The notes: generated from the letters alone by a model not told the origin. Shown: positions 1 to 8,691, numbered from the stretch's first letter. The stretch: 64,000 nt of DNA from Christensenellaceae bacterium (GCA_031256235.1 JAIRQZ010000032.1:5224-69223), one strand, 5' to 3'. Made by a program: numbers and translations.

Positions 1-207
1 TGTTGCCCAAATTGCCCCGAGTACTTTCCGCAAACGCGAACAATTGCGTTAACCAAAGGCCGAAGCAACCTTGGATATGTGCAAGAATTTGCGCATGAAT
101 TTTGGCATCTTTGTGTTGGTGATGAAAAAAGAATGAATTATGATGACCCCCGCGAACAAAAAGCACGGGAGATAACCGAAAAAGTTTGCAAAAAATTTGG
201 TATATAG
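1..207 (+). CDS. partial CDS (3' end only; start upstream of window), HExxH metallopeptidase-like
   Basis: Frame 1 is open from nt 1 to TAG 205-207. My translation ends ...LGYVQEFAHEFWHLCVGDEKRMNYDDPREQKAREITEKVCKKFGI* and contains an HExxH motif. It is not in the ORF track because there is no start codon in the window. Confidence 0.4.
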   Translation, partial: CCPNCPEYFPQTRTIALTKGRSNLGYVQEFAHEFWHLCVGDEKRMNYDDPREQKAREITEKVCKKFGI

Positions 208-225
208 TTCCACCTCACTAAAGTC

Positions 226-254
226 TTGCAAAGTCGTGACACTTGATGTATACT
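226..254 (+). promoter_or_regulatory. sigmaA-type promoter for tRNA-Ser
   Basis: TTGCAA (226-231) - 17 nt - TATACT (249-254), 20 nt upstream of the tRNA 5' end. Confidence 0.4.
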
Positions 255-274
255 ACACACACCCCTGCGGATAT

Positions 275-366
275 GGAGAGTTGGCCGAGTTGGTCGAAGG
301 CGCGTCACTGCTAATGACGTATAGTCCAAAAGATTATCACTGGTTCGAATCCAGTACTCTCCGCCA
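275..366 (+). tRNA. tRNA-Ser (anticodon GCT), type II, CCA encoded
   Basis: Hand-folded cloverleaf: acceptor GGAGAGT/ACTCTCC; anticodon stem CGTCA/TGACG with loop CTGCTAA; long variable arm; T arm ACTGG-TTCGAAT-CCAGT; G + CCA. Confidence 0.9.
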
Positions 367-373
367 AAATGGA

Positions 374-1048
374 TTAGAGTAGAACACTTTTTTTCACGAC
401 GGTTTCAATTAAAGTGTTCATGTTCGGGTTTTTAAGTTTTCGCTCGTAATCTTGGAATAATTGCTCTTGTGTCGTTTTAATGTATTGTGGTTTCAACTTT
501 GCATTTTCGAGCACATCACGTAAAGATTTTTCAGAGAAAAATTGTCGACTTTGTACTTTGTCAAGAAAGTCAGCGTAAGTAATAAACCCCGTCACATCAT
601 CGTATTTAATGTCTGGGCGTTTCAGCTCTGGCTCGTCTATTGAACGCACGACAATAAATGCCTTGCCCGTGTCCTTTAATGTTCGATGTATTTCGTTCAA
701 CGCGATTTTTAATTCGTCTTTTGTTAAATAGTGGAACACAAGGCGAGCATAAATAAAATCAAAAGTATTGTCGCCATATTCCCATACTTTACCGCAGTTT
801 TCGGATTTGCAAATTATTTGATTTTTGTTTGGCGATTTTGCGATTATCGCCTTTGTCAATTCAAGACCTTTCACATCAATCGTCGTTGCAATAATTTTCG
901 CTAATGGACATTTTTTCGCCATTTGTAATTCAGCGCTACCGCCCGTAGAAATGCCAATCGAAAGTATGTCTTTTGCCTTGGGGCCAAGTAAATCAAGACC
1001 ATGCTTTTCGGTTATTGATGGTTGAAAGTCCATACCAAAATGTATCAC
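374..1048 (-). CDS. class I SAM-dependent methyltransferase
   Basis: 224-aa ORF with a motif I-like ILSIGISTGGSAE and a FDFIYARLVFHYL region typical of small-molecule/RNA MTases. GTG start at 1048 (ATG alternative at 1033). The stop lies only 8 nt from the tRNA-Ser 3' end. Confidence 0.65.
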   Translation of the reverse strand: MIHFGMDFQPSITEKHGLDLLGPKAKDILSIGISTGGSAELQMAKKCPLAKIIATTIDVKGLELTKAIIAKSPNKNQIICKSENCGKVWEYGDNTFDFIYARLVFHYLTKDELKIALNEIHRTLKDTGKAFIVVRSIDEPELKRPDIKYDDVTGFITYADFLDKVQSRQFFSEKSLRDVLENAKLKPQYIKTTQEQLFQDYERKLKNPNMNTLIETVVKKSVLL

Positions 1049-1150
1049 TTTGTTTTTCTTTTGTAAACCCCGATAACCACCGCAACGCCATTTACAAAAA
1101 TATATTCACTTTCGTGTTCTACTCTTATCGGTGTTGCTCCGCCAAAATGT

Positions 1151-2365
1151 TCAACTCGTTGTGATTTTAAGATTTTCAAGTTCCTTTGGGTAATAGTCCT
1201 TGTCACACAAATAGATGTCCCATGTTTTATATGGTTTTGCTTTGGTAAAACCGTATTTGGCGAATGCGGAAATTGACGCACTGTTACTGGGATTAATGCA
1301 CATACTTTTGGCAAAGCCTTTCGATTTATCAAACATTATTCTTGCCAAATATTTGGCGTATCCTTTCCCACGGTATTTTGGGAACGTGCAAGCCTCCAAA
1401 AAATGCACTCCGTCTTTATTAAACCAATGCTTTGCGTAATCTATAAAGCAACAGCCAATCCATTCGTCATCGTCAAGCAACACCCAACCTTTAATATCTT
1501 GTTTGGGATTAAGCAAATATCTCGCGTTGCAAAAATCTTCCTTAAGGAATTCAGACTTGGCAAGTTCTTCCCATCTCTTATACTCGCTTGGCAAGAGTTC
1601 CCTGTAAAATAATTGTGGGCAAAGGTCTTCACCCAAGATAACTTTGCAATATTCGCCAAAGAAAATTAACAGTTTGTCAAAGATTTTATCCAAATACCCA
1701 TCCTGAAGATAGATGAAATCACCCGCATACATCCCGTTTTCGTACTCCGTTTTGTTTCCCTTGTGGATATTGTCGGGGAAATTATCTTTCAAGGTGTCAT
1801 ATGCTTGCTTTGTATTATGCTTAAGAAAGTTATTTAATTTGAACAGTAAGTTAAAGGCCTTGTATTTTGGGAACGTTTCAATCACAACTCGGCTGTCTTT
1901 TCCAATCAATTCGCTTGAAAAAGTGAAAAACTCTTTAAGACCGAAATCTTTTTGCTTGTACCCAAGGTCAGTGCATACAATCAACATACAGCGCATTATT
2001 TCAACAGCAATCTTTTGTATGTATTGAAAGAAAAACGATTTTAATATGTCGGCTATCTTTCGTTGCTCGATGTATCTTGCTTTCTCTTTATTGAACAACA
2101 TCCCATCCATCTCGTATGGGTTGTCGTCGCAACCTTCATAAGGAGATTTAAAGCAGCCAAGATACAATTTCGGATTCGGCTCCCCTACTATAGGATAAGG
2201 TGCGGCATACTTGTCGTATTTTCGCGTTTGTTGTTTGTCGAACTCGATGAATGGTTTGATGTTTTCAACCCAATCAGTCTTCAAATTTTTGATACAGTCC
2301 CTAAAAATGCTGTACCGATTCGACTTCTTGTCTTGTGTTTTTTCTTTCATATATGGTTCGCTCAC
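1151..2365 (-). CDS. two-domain protein: unknown ~270-aa N-terminal region + C-terminal GNAT acetyltransferase domain
   Basis: C-terminal ...LEACTFPKYRGKGYAKYLARIM...ASISAFAKYGF fits GNAT motif A (R-x-x-G-x-G/A). GTG at 2365 overlaps the upstream ORF stop (GTGA). An ATG alternative sits at 2350. Confidence 0.6.
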   Translation of the reverse strand: MSEPYMKEKTQDKKSNRYSIFRDCIKNLKTDWVENIKPFIEFDKQQTRKYDKYAAPYPIVGEPNPKLYLGCFKSPYEGCDDNPYEMDGMLFNKEKARYIEQRKIADILKSFFFQYIQKIAVEIMRCMLIVCTDLGYKQKDFGLKEFFTFSSELIGKDSRVVIETFPKYKAFNLLFKLNNFLKHNTKQAYDTLKDNFPDNIHKGNKTEYENGMYAGDFIYLQDGYLDKIFDKLLIFFGEYCKVILGEDLCPQLFYRELLPSEYKRWEELAKSEFLKEDFCNARYLLNPKQDIKGWVLLDDDEWIGCCFIDYAKHWFNKDGVHFLEACTFPKYRGKGYAKYLARIMFDKSKGFAKSMCINPSNSASISAFAKYGFTKAKPYKTWDIYLCDKDYYPKELENLKITTS

Positions 2366-2619
2366 TTCCCGAAAACGGCTTCTTCGTATTTATCAAGCAT
2401 CAAATCGGCATTTTCTTTTCTATATTGACGGCATTGAGCGCAATTCGCCTTATGGGTTTTGTCCTTTGTTGCGACCTCGTCTTCCAAGTTGCTAATCGTA
2501 ACCATGTACTTTTTCAAAACAGCCCTGTCTATCGGGTTCAAATAATGGAACTTGCCCTTGATGGTTGCAAGGCGCAAACCCTCTTGCCATATCTCTTCCC
2601 CTTCCTTACACATTCCCAT
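2362..2619 (-). CDS. hypothetical small protein (85 aa)
   Basis: ORF only. Its stop overlaps the GTG start of the downstream GNAT-fusion gene. No recognisable motif. Confidence 0.4.
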   Translation of the reverse strand: MGMCKEGEEIWQEGLRLATIKGKFHYLNPIDRAVLKKYMVTISNLEDEVATKDKTHKANCAQCRQYRKENADLMLDKYEEAVFGK

Positions 2620-2632
2620 TTTGCTTGGATCC

Positions 2633-3256
2633 TTATGCTTTTATGAAATTGTAACTGCATTTAAAGCCGACGGTTTTGTTGGTTTTTGAAGTGTAGTAAG
2701 ACGCCGTGAGGACAAGAACATCGTCCCAGCGATATTCCAGTTCAAAAAAGATAAACCAAGCCTCTTGGTCGCCTATGGCATTAAGACTTATTACACAATC
2801 GTCCCAAGCACCGTTTGGTATGTATTGACGTTGGACTTTTAACTTATTACCTGCATCAACATAACGGGTGGATTGGCCGTCGGTAAGGCCTGCCTGCAAC
2901 GGCGTCAATGCCCTTAGATCGTCGTGCGGGTTGAATGCCACGTTTGACAACGAAACCGCATTATTTGCACCGATTGTTATTTTTGGCGTCATGGTCATAC
3001 CTTGAAGATAAGCGTTTCTTACGTAGGCAGGCAAGTTTCGAGTCGGAGGGATATCGTTATAACCGCCCAAATAAATAATGGTAGTCGAGTAAGCCGAGGC
3101 ATCGCCCTCGCCAAGGTCAAGCACGTAAAGGCCAGTTGGGATTTCTTCGTCACCGGTTTCTTCTTCACCGCCTTTTTTTCCGAAGTTACACGCCGCAAGC
3201 GTCAGCACGCACGGCACAAGGACCAAGAATACCAAAAACATTTTAAATCTTTTCAT
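2633..3256 (-). CDS. lipoprotein, function unknown
   Basis: Signal peptide MKRFKMFLVFLVLVPCVLTLAAC with lipobox LAAC. TTTACA-N17-TAAAAT promoter ends 6 nt before the ATG. Confidence 0.65.
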   Translation of the reverse strand: MKRFKMFLVFLVLVPCVLTLAACNFGKKGGEEETGDEEIPTGLYVLDLGEGDASAYSTTIIYLGGYNDIPPTRNLPAYVRNAYLQGMTMTPKITIGANNAVSLSNVAFNPHDDLRALTPLQAGLTDGQSTRYVDAGNKLKVQRQYIPNGAWDDCVISLNAIGDQEAWFIFFELEYRWDDVLVLTASYYTSKTNKTVGFKCSYNFIKA

Positions 3257-3262
3257 GTCTTA

Positions 3263-3291
3263 ATTTTACACCCAAAATTTCTTTTTGTAAA
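3263..3291 (-). promoter_or_regulatory. promoter abutting start codon of lipoprotein gene (leaderless geometry)
   Basis: Minus strand TTTACA (3291-3286) - 17 nt - TAAAAT (3268-3263) - 6 nt - ATG (3256). Confidence 0.45.
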
Positions 3292-3307
3292 CTGTTTCGC
3301 GAAATAG

Positions 3308-3336
3308 TAGACATTAATCCCTTATGGCAATATAAT
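3308..3336 (+). promoter_or_regulatory. promoter abutting start codon (leaderless geometry)
   Basis: TAGACA (3308-3313) - 17 nt - TATAAT (3331-3336) - 6 nt - ATG 3343. No Shine-Dalgarno is possible. Confidence 0.5.
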
Positions 3337-3342
3337 AGTAGT

Positions 3343-3999
3343 ATGAAAATTTTTCTTGTAGTTTCCCGGACCTTTTACAAAGAAGTCCATAACGTAAAAA
3401 CAAGGCTTGAAGAACTTGGACACGAGGTTATTGTTCCAATCCTTTACGGTAATTTAATCGCGGACGAAGTCGCACATGCGGCGGGCGCCGAAAAATACGC
3501 CGAATTCCGTCGTAAAGTCATCGCAGCGGGCGACAGAGCAATTTCGGACTCGGATGCAGTTCTGTGCCTTAACTTTGACAAAGGCGGTACAGCGAACTAC
3601 ATATCAAGTGATATGTTCAGCGAACTTTTGCAAGCCTTCGAACGCAAAAAGAAAATCTTTTTATGGAGTTACATCCCCGACGGCGTCCTGCGCGACAGCA
3701 TCCTTGCATGGAACCCAACCGTTATAAAGCGGAAAATATCCACGATCGGAATCGCCGAAAACTTCAAACCTAAACCCGCCGATAAAAAGCCCACGCCTAA
3801 GCCAGCCAAGCCCGTAAAAGAAGCCAAACCTAAACCCGCGAAGGAAGTCAAACCCACGGCGAAGCCCAAGTCCGAAAAACCGAAACCTGCCCCGAAACCG
3901 ACCGCCAAGCCCATAAAAGAAACCAAAACGAAATCCGCACCCAAACCCACAAAGCCTGCGGATAAAAAACCCGCCCCAGTAAAAAAAGTTAAGAAGTAA
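3343..3999 (+). CDS. protein with ~140-aa globular N-domain and 77-aa Lys/Pro/Ala-rich tail
   Basis: The N-domain MKIFLVVSRTFYKEV...SDAVLCLNF... weakly resembles nucleoside 2-deoxyribosyltransferase-like Rossmann proteins (unverified). The tail is KPKPADKKPTPKPAKPVKEAKPKPAKEVKPTAKPK... Confidence 0.65.
   Translation: MKIFLVVSRTFYKEVHNVKTRLEELGHEVIVPILYGNLIADEVAHAAGAEKYAEFRRKVIAAGDRAISDSDAVLCLNFDKGGTANYISSDMFSELLQAFERKKKIFLWSYIPDGVLRDSILAWNPTVIKRKISTIGIAENFKPKPADKKPTPKPAKPVKEAKPKPAKEVKPTAKPKSEKPKPAPKPTAKPIKETKTKSAPKPTKPADKKPAPVKKVKK
3766..3996 (+). repeat. low-complexity K/P/A/T-rich coding repeat
   Basis: Residues 142-218 of the 3343-3999 product. Imperfect KPxP/AKP units are visible in both protein and DNA (aaacc[t/c]aaaccc...). 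Confidence 0.8.
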
Positions 4000-4000
4000 T

Positions 4001-4666
4001 TTACAAATTCTTTTTCAGATGTTGCGTGTAATAAAAAACATACTGTTGGGCGACGCCTGCGTATTTACCGAATGTCGAAAAGTTTATGCCGTGTTCTTGC
4101 GCCTTTTCGATCCAAGTATCCACGGGCGCGACATCAAGGCGGTGGAACGCGAACAACATGACACAGTCGGCGACCTTTCGCCCAACACCCGATATTGACA
4201 TCAAGGTCTTTCGTAATGCTGTGTTGTCAAGTTTGCAAAGTTCCGCATAATCAAGGCCTTTCAGTTGCTTGACGGCTTTGGCCAAATATGGCGCGCGGTA
4301 ACCGCATCCCATGTCGGTAAAATCTTTTTCCGTGTATTTGTCAAGGTTGTTAAAGTCAATCTGCTCTATCGTTTTGGAAAAGCGTTTGATGTTGTTGTTC
4401 GCCGAGATTATAAAAGATACGACGCATTGGGTGAAAGGTTGGCGCAAGATGCGTATCCCCGCGCCCGCCGCAATCGCGGGGACAAGTTCGGGGAAGCGGG
4501 ACAGTTCGCGATTTATGGTATCGTAATCCGTGTCCATATCAAAATAGTGCCAAAACCAATCGGGGGTACTCTCGGGCGGGTCGGTGAATATTTGACCGCT
4601 GTTTCTGATTTTGTACCAATCCAAATTATTTTCTTCACAAAAAGTTTTTGCGTTCACTTTTTTCAT
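4001..4666 (-). CDS. ogg: HhH-GPD DNA glycosylase, 8-oxoguanine glycosylase (Ogg)-type
   Basis: LMSISGVGRKVADCVMLFAFHRLDVAPVDTW (HhH, catalytic Lys in GVGxK, Asp in VD). The ORF-track start at 4693 is TTG and would overlap folD, so ATG 4666 (MKKVNAKTF) is preferred. Confidence 0.7.
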   Translation of the reverse strand: MKKVNAKTFCEENNLDWYKIRNSGQIFTDPPESTPDWFWHYFDMDTDYDTINRELSRFPELVPAIAAGAGIRILRQPFTQCVVSFIISANNNIKRFSKTIEQIDFNNLDKYTEKDFTDMGCGYRAPYLAKAVKQLKGLDYAELCKLDNTALRKTLMSISGVGRKVADCVMLFAFHRLDVAPVDTWIEKAQEHGINFSTFGKYAGVAQQYVFYYTQHLKKNL

Positions 4667-4681
4667 TATACATGTTAAAAT
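4653..4681 (+). promoter_or_regulatory. folD promoter abutting start codon
   Basis: TTCACT (4653-4658) - 17 nt incl. TGt - TAAAAT (4676-4681) - 5 nt - GTG 4687. Confidence 0.35.
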
Positions 4682-4686
4682 AGTTC

Positions 4687-5529
4687 GTGGCAAAAATTCT
4701 TGACGGCAAAGTATTGGCCGAAAAAATCAAAAGTGAACTTAAGACCAAAGCAACGGTGTTTCAAAAAAAACACGGCCGGAAGTGTGGCCTTGCGGTTGTG
4801 CTTGTGGGCAATGACCCCGCAAGCGAAATTTACGTGGCCAACAAAGAAAAGGCCTGCGAAGCCGTGGGCATTGCGTCAATCATCCACAAATGCAAAGACA
4901 ATATAAAACAAGACAAATTGCTAGAGTTAATATCAAGTCTTAACTCCGACAAGAACATCGACGGAGTTTTGGTACAACTGCCCTTGCCCAAACATTTGGA
5001 CAGTGCGAAAATTGTGGGCGCTGTAGCCCCCGCAAAGGACGTGGACGGCTTTTGCGCAGCCAATGTCGGCAATCTTTCATTTGGGGCGCCTTGCGCAATA
5101 CCCTGCACGGCCCGCGGATGTTTGGAACTTGTTAAATCGACTGGGATCAAACTTGCGGGCGCCCACGCGGTCGTCATAGGCCGTAGCAACATCGTAGGCA
5201 AGCCTGTGGCTCAACTTTTGCTGAACAACGACTGTACCGTGACTGTTACCCATTCAAAGACCCGCAACTTGGCCGACCTTACACGGACGGCGGACATCTT
5301 GGTCGCGGCGGCAGGTTGTAAACATCTTGTTACCGCCGACATGGTAAAGCCTGGCGCCGTCGTAATCGACATCGGCATCACCCGTGCGGACGGCAAAATC
5401 TTTGGCGATGTGGACTTTGACAGGGTTCGCGACGTGGCGGGCTATATCACTCCTGTACCTGGCGGAGTCGGGCCCATGACTGTTGCAATGTTACTTAAAA
5501 ATGTCCTTGAAACTGAAAATCACATATGA
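4687..5529 (+). CDS. folD: bifunctional methylenetetrahydrofolate dehydrogenase/cyclohydrolase
   Basis: Full-length FolD pattern: ILDGK..., YVANKEKA, DGVLVQLPLP, VVIGRSNIVGKP, PVPGGVGPMT. GTG start. Confidence 0.92.
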   Translation: MAKILDGKVLAEKIKSELKTKATVFQKKHGRKCGLAVVLVGNDPASEIYVANKEKACEAVGIASIIHKCKDNIKQDKLLELISSLNSDKNIDGVLVQLPLPKHLDSAKIVGAVAPAKDVDGFCAANVGNLSFGAPCAIPCTARGCLELVKSTGIKLAGAHAVVIGRSNIVGKPVAQLLLNNDCTVTVTHSKTRNLADLTRTADILVAAAGCKHLVTADMVKPGAVVIDIGITRADGKIFGDVDFDRVRDVAGYITPVPGGVGPMTVAMLLKNVLETENHI

Positions 5530-5543
5530 TATAATGTGTGTAC

Positions 5544-5618
5544 GCACTTGTGGTGAAATGGATATCACGGAAGTCTACGGAACTTTTATTTCAGGTTCGA
5601 GTCCTGACAGGTGCACCA
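5544..5618 (+). tRNA. tRNA-Arg (anticodon ACG), CCA encoded
   Basis: Acceptor GCACTTG/CAGGTGC (one G-U); D stem GTGA/TCAC; anticodon stem GAAGT/ACTTT with loop CTACGGA; T arm TCAGG-TTCGAGT-CCTGA; A + CCA. 75 nt. Confidence 0.9.
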
Positions 5619-5685
5619 AAGAACATATCCCATTTGTACCCAGTAATGAACTTGTTTTTCATGTGGTAATATGCTACCATGTTAC

Positions 5686-6309
5686 ATGGTATTGTATTTA
5701 TCTTCATATAAATTAGGCAATCGAACTGACGAATTAAAACACTATGCCCAAACGCACAAAAAGATTTTGTTAATTGCGAACTCTCGTGATCACTTTACAG
5801 ATTTGGAGCGGATAGAAAAAGGCGTATCAGTAGACGAAAAACAATTAAGCGAACTTGGATTTGAAGTAACGCGATTGGATTTACGAAAATTTTTTGGCAA
5901 GCAAAAAGACCTAGAAAAATTTATTGCAAAATACAATGGCTTTTATGTAATTGGCGGAAATACTTTTGTTTTGCGCAAAGCATTTGCTTTAAGCGGTATG
6001 GATAATATTCTTTTATCGTTTTGGAGCTATCCAAATTATTTGTATATTGGCTACTCCGCAGGAATTTGTGTTCTATGCGAAGATTTACACGGGCTTATCC
6101 TTGTTGATGAACCCGGGGGTGACCCGATTTGGAATGGTCTGGGATATATTCATCCGATTTATTTGCCACATTATAGAAGCGACCACCCTGAAAGCAAGAT
6201 GGTTAACGATTGTGTTAAATATTGCAAAGCACACGATTTACCGTACGAAACGCTTAAAGACGGCGACGTAAAAATATTAAACTCACATACTTGGAAAAGG
6301 GGTTCTTAA
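5686..6309 (+). CDS. peptidase S51 (dipeptidase E-like) family protein
   Basis: VIGGNTFVL and YIGYSAGICV (Ser nucleophile context). The ORF-track start 5671 lies inside a TGgTAATAT -10-like element, so ATG 5686 (MVLYLSSYKLG) is preferred. Confidence 0.6.
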   Translation: MVLYLSSYKLGNRTDELKHYAQTHKKILLIANSRDHFTDLERIEKGVSVDEKQLSELGFEVTRLDLRKFFGKQKDLEKFIAKYNGFYVIGGNTFVLRKAFALSGMDNILLSFWSYPNYLYIGYSAGICVLCEDLHGLILVDEPGGDPIWNGLGYIHPIYLPHYRSDHPESKMVNDCVKYCKAHDLPYETLKDGDVKILNSHTWKRGS

Positions 6310-6364
6310 CATAAACGTACACATATATGGGTACTTTTGTGTTATGATAGACAATACAATAGAG

Positions 6365-7168
6365 TCATATGTGTCTTTCGGCAAAGTCTTTTGTGGCGTC
6401 AAGTGTGGCCTTGCCGTTCACATCAAGATGCTCAAGTTTCGTTGCATAGCATGCCTTTCCAGAACTTAAGGTTTCAAGCGAATGGTCAAAAGAATATTTA
6501 GCGCAAGCAATATTTTTGGAGATGGCCAGAGAACCAAGAGAACCGTAAAAATGTTTGTAACAATCAATGGGCAAATCAAAATCCCCCGCATTACACATAT
6601 CGACATCATCAAGACAATGCTTGTATTTTCCATTGTCAAGCCCGCTTTTCAAGTCTTCGATATATGGAATAGCACTATCCACACGTTGTTCTAATATAAA
6701 GTTATCCAGGGTGTAATCAGTAATAGAAGTGGTATCAATCTTGAGGTTGTTTAAATAATCAAGCAAATATGCTTCAGAAGCGCGAGGCAAAATTTCGCGG
6801 GCCCAAGTGCCAGTTAAGCACCTTTTGTTCATGTAGACGTGCGTCAACTCATGCACAAGGGAATCAAGAGCATTCAACAAGTCATCGCTTCCATTAATCA
6901 TTATCTCGGTTTTGTCACCATCATAACTAACGCCAGAACTGCAACCAAGAACTATCTCTCGACGTCTTTTTGCGTTCTTGTATTCTTTATTAAGCAAAGG
7001 GCTATACCCTGGTAGTGTTTCTTTGGCCAGATAAAACAAATCTTTAAGTTTGACTTCATCGCCGTATTCGTTTTCTTGTGGCTTTAACTTTTGAGTACGC
7101 AAAAATTGCGTAGCCGGCAAATAAAGATTCAAGACCCGCTTCAACGGGGTTGGGTTTGTTACAATCAT
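6365..7168 (-). CDS. HExxH metallopeptidase-like protein
   Basis: 267-aa ORF with SLVHELTHVYMN. AAGGA lies upstream of the ATG. No further family assignment is possible by eye. Confidence 0.5.
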   Translation of the reverse strand: MIVTNPTPLKRVLNLYLPATQFLRTQKLKPQENEYGDEVKLKDLFYLAKETLPGYSPLLNKEYKNAKRRREIVLGCSSGVSYDGDKTEIMINGSDDLLNALDSLVHELTHVYMNKRCLTGTWAREILPRASEAYLLDYLNNLKIDTTSITDYTLDNFILEQRVDSAIPYIEDLKSGLDNGKYKHCLDDVDMCNAGDFDLPIDCYKHFYGSLGSLAISKNIACAKYSFDHSLETLSSGKACYATKLEHLDVNGKATLDATKDFAERHI

Positions 7169-7225
7169 TTCATTCCTTTGTATTATTTATATCACGTTTT
7201 ACCCCGGAAGTCAATGACGAAACTG

Positions 7226-7254
7226 TTGCATTTGTTGATTTTTTGTGGTATATT
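7226..7254 (+). promoter_or_regulatory. promoter of small Cys-containing ORF
   Basis: TTGCAT (7226-7231) - 17 nt incl. TGg - TATATT (7249-7254), followed by GGAGGG RBS (7264-7269) and ATG 7273. Confidence 0.45.
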
Positions 7255-7272
7255 GAAAAAAATGGAGGGTAT

Positions 7273-7491
7273 ATGAGCCAATTATTCAAACACGAAGAAG
7301 CAGCAAAATTCAGCGAAGAATACAAAGAAAACCTATGCAGTCAAAAAAGGACGAAGTTGGCCGTTGCCCTTGGTACCGATACTGCCACGATAGAGGTGTC
7401 ATGTAAAAAGCCAGGAAACTGCCGAGCACATCACGGAAAGTGCTATGTAATTGAATGCACCGATGCAATAAACCAAGCAATAAACTTGTAA
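7273..7491 (+). CDS. hypothetical small protein (72 aa, 4 Cys)
   Basis: Strong RBS GGAGGG 3 nt before ATG 7273. The ORF-track start 7150 would overlap the divergent gene. Sequence: MSQLFKHEEAAKF...CKKPGNCRAHHGKCYVIEC... Confidence 0.5.
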   Translation: MSQLFKHEEAAKFSEEYKENLCSQKRTKLAVALGTDTATIEVSCKKPGNCRAHHGKCYVIECTDAINQAINL

Positions 7492-7510
7492 TTTTGAAGA
7501 TACTATAAGT

Positions 7511-8632
7511 ATGAAAAGGGCTTTCGCGGTTTTTGCCGTGGCGATGTTGCTTTGCGGGTGCAGTTCCCGCCCGAACAACAACGGCGTCGCAAATCCAAAT
7601 TCCGTCGCGCCAAATCCATCAGGCGCGTTTTTGCGTGGTGCTTGGGTAACAACGATTTGGAATATCGATTATCCAAAAGCACCCACAACCGATAGTACGA
7701 AACTTAAAACCGAAATCGACCAAATCGTCGCCCGCGCGAAAGGATTGGGCCTGAATGCCCTGTTTTTCCAAGTGCGCCCATGTGCGGATGCGTTTTACAA
7801 TTCGGACATCTTCCCGTGGTCAAAGTGGCTTACGGAAACACAAGGCCTTGCGCCCAGTAACGCCTTTGACCCGCTTGAATACATAATCGGCCGTGCGCAC
7901 ACGCACAACATACAACTTCACGCGTGGATTAACCCGTACAGGGTGACGGCACTTGCCACGGAAAAACTTGTTGCGACGCATCCTGCGCGACTGGCTCCAG
8001 AATTGACAATCAACGTCGACGGCAAGTTGTATTGGAACCCAGGCGAGCCCCATGCGCGAGATTTAGTCATCAATGGCGTGCGCGAAATTGTCGAAAACTA
8101 TGCGGTCGACGGGATTCACTTCGATGATTACTTTTACCCCGAAGGTATCACGACCCACGATTTTGGGACTTGGCTTAACTTCGGCGACGGCGATAACATT
8201 GCGGATTGGCGAAGAAGCAACGTCGACCAACTTGTCCATGACACGCACAAAGCCATTAAAGAAATCGCCCCTGGTGTCGTTTTTGGCGTATCGCCAAGTG
8301 GCATCTGGGCCAACAAAAGCCACAACGGCCTTGGAAGTGACACCCAAGGTTTTGAATCGTACTACGAGATTTTCGCCGACAGCCGTGGCTGGGTGAAAAA
8401 GGGCTTTGTCGATTACATCGCCCCGCAAATCTATTGGCGTACCGGCCAATTGGGAAGTGACTTTCAAATAATCCTTGATTGGTGGCGCGACGTTGTTGAG
8501 AGCACCACCGTCAAACTTTACACGGGGATTGGAGCATACAGGTACTTCGGAGCAAATGAATACGAAACGCAAAAACAACTTGCCACCGAAATCGGAGACG
8601 GGTTCATAATGTTTTCATTCGGCGATTTGTAG
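7511..8632 (+). CDS. lipoprotein, glycoside-hydrolase-like family 10 (GHL10/YngK-type)
   Basis: Signal + lipobox (AMLLCGC). RGAWVTTIWNIDYP, HAWINPYRV and DGIHFDDYFYP are typical of GHL10/DUF187 proteins. Confidence 0.75.
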   Translation: MKRAFAVFAVAMLLCGCSSRPNNNGVANPNSVAPNPSGAFLRGAWVTTIWNIDYPKAPTTDSTKLKTEIDQIVARAKGLGLNALFFQVRPCADAFYNSDIFPWSKWLTETQGLAPSNAFDPLEYIIGRAHTHNIQLHAWINPYRVTALATEKLVATHPARLAPELTINVDGKLYWNPGEPHARDLVINGVREIVENYAVDGIHFDDYFYPEGITTHDFGTWLNFGDGDNIADWRRSNVDQLVHDTHKAIKEIAPGVVFGVSPSGIWANKSHNGLGSDTQGFESYYEIFADSRGWVKKGFVDYIAPQIYWRTGQLGSDFQIILDWWRDVVESTTVKLYTGIGAYRYFGANEYETQKQLATEIGDGFIMFSFGDL

Positions 8633-8691
8633 GGCTTTTTCGGCCTTGCGACGCTTGAGTTTGTTTTTATCGAACATCTAGTAATGTCAAC

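Noticed and set aside
1045-1332. 95-aa ORF bridging the MTase and GNAT-fusion genes
   Set aside because: It overlaps the 3' end of the 1151-2365 gene in another frame, and it has odd composition and no RBS. The ~100-nt gap is more likely a plain intergenic spacer.
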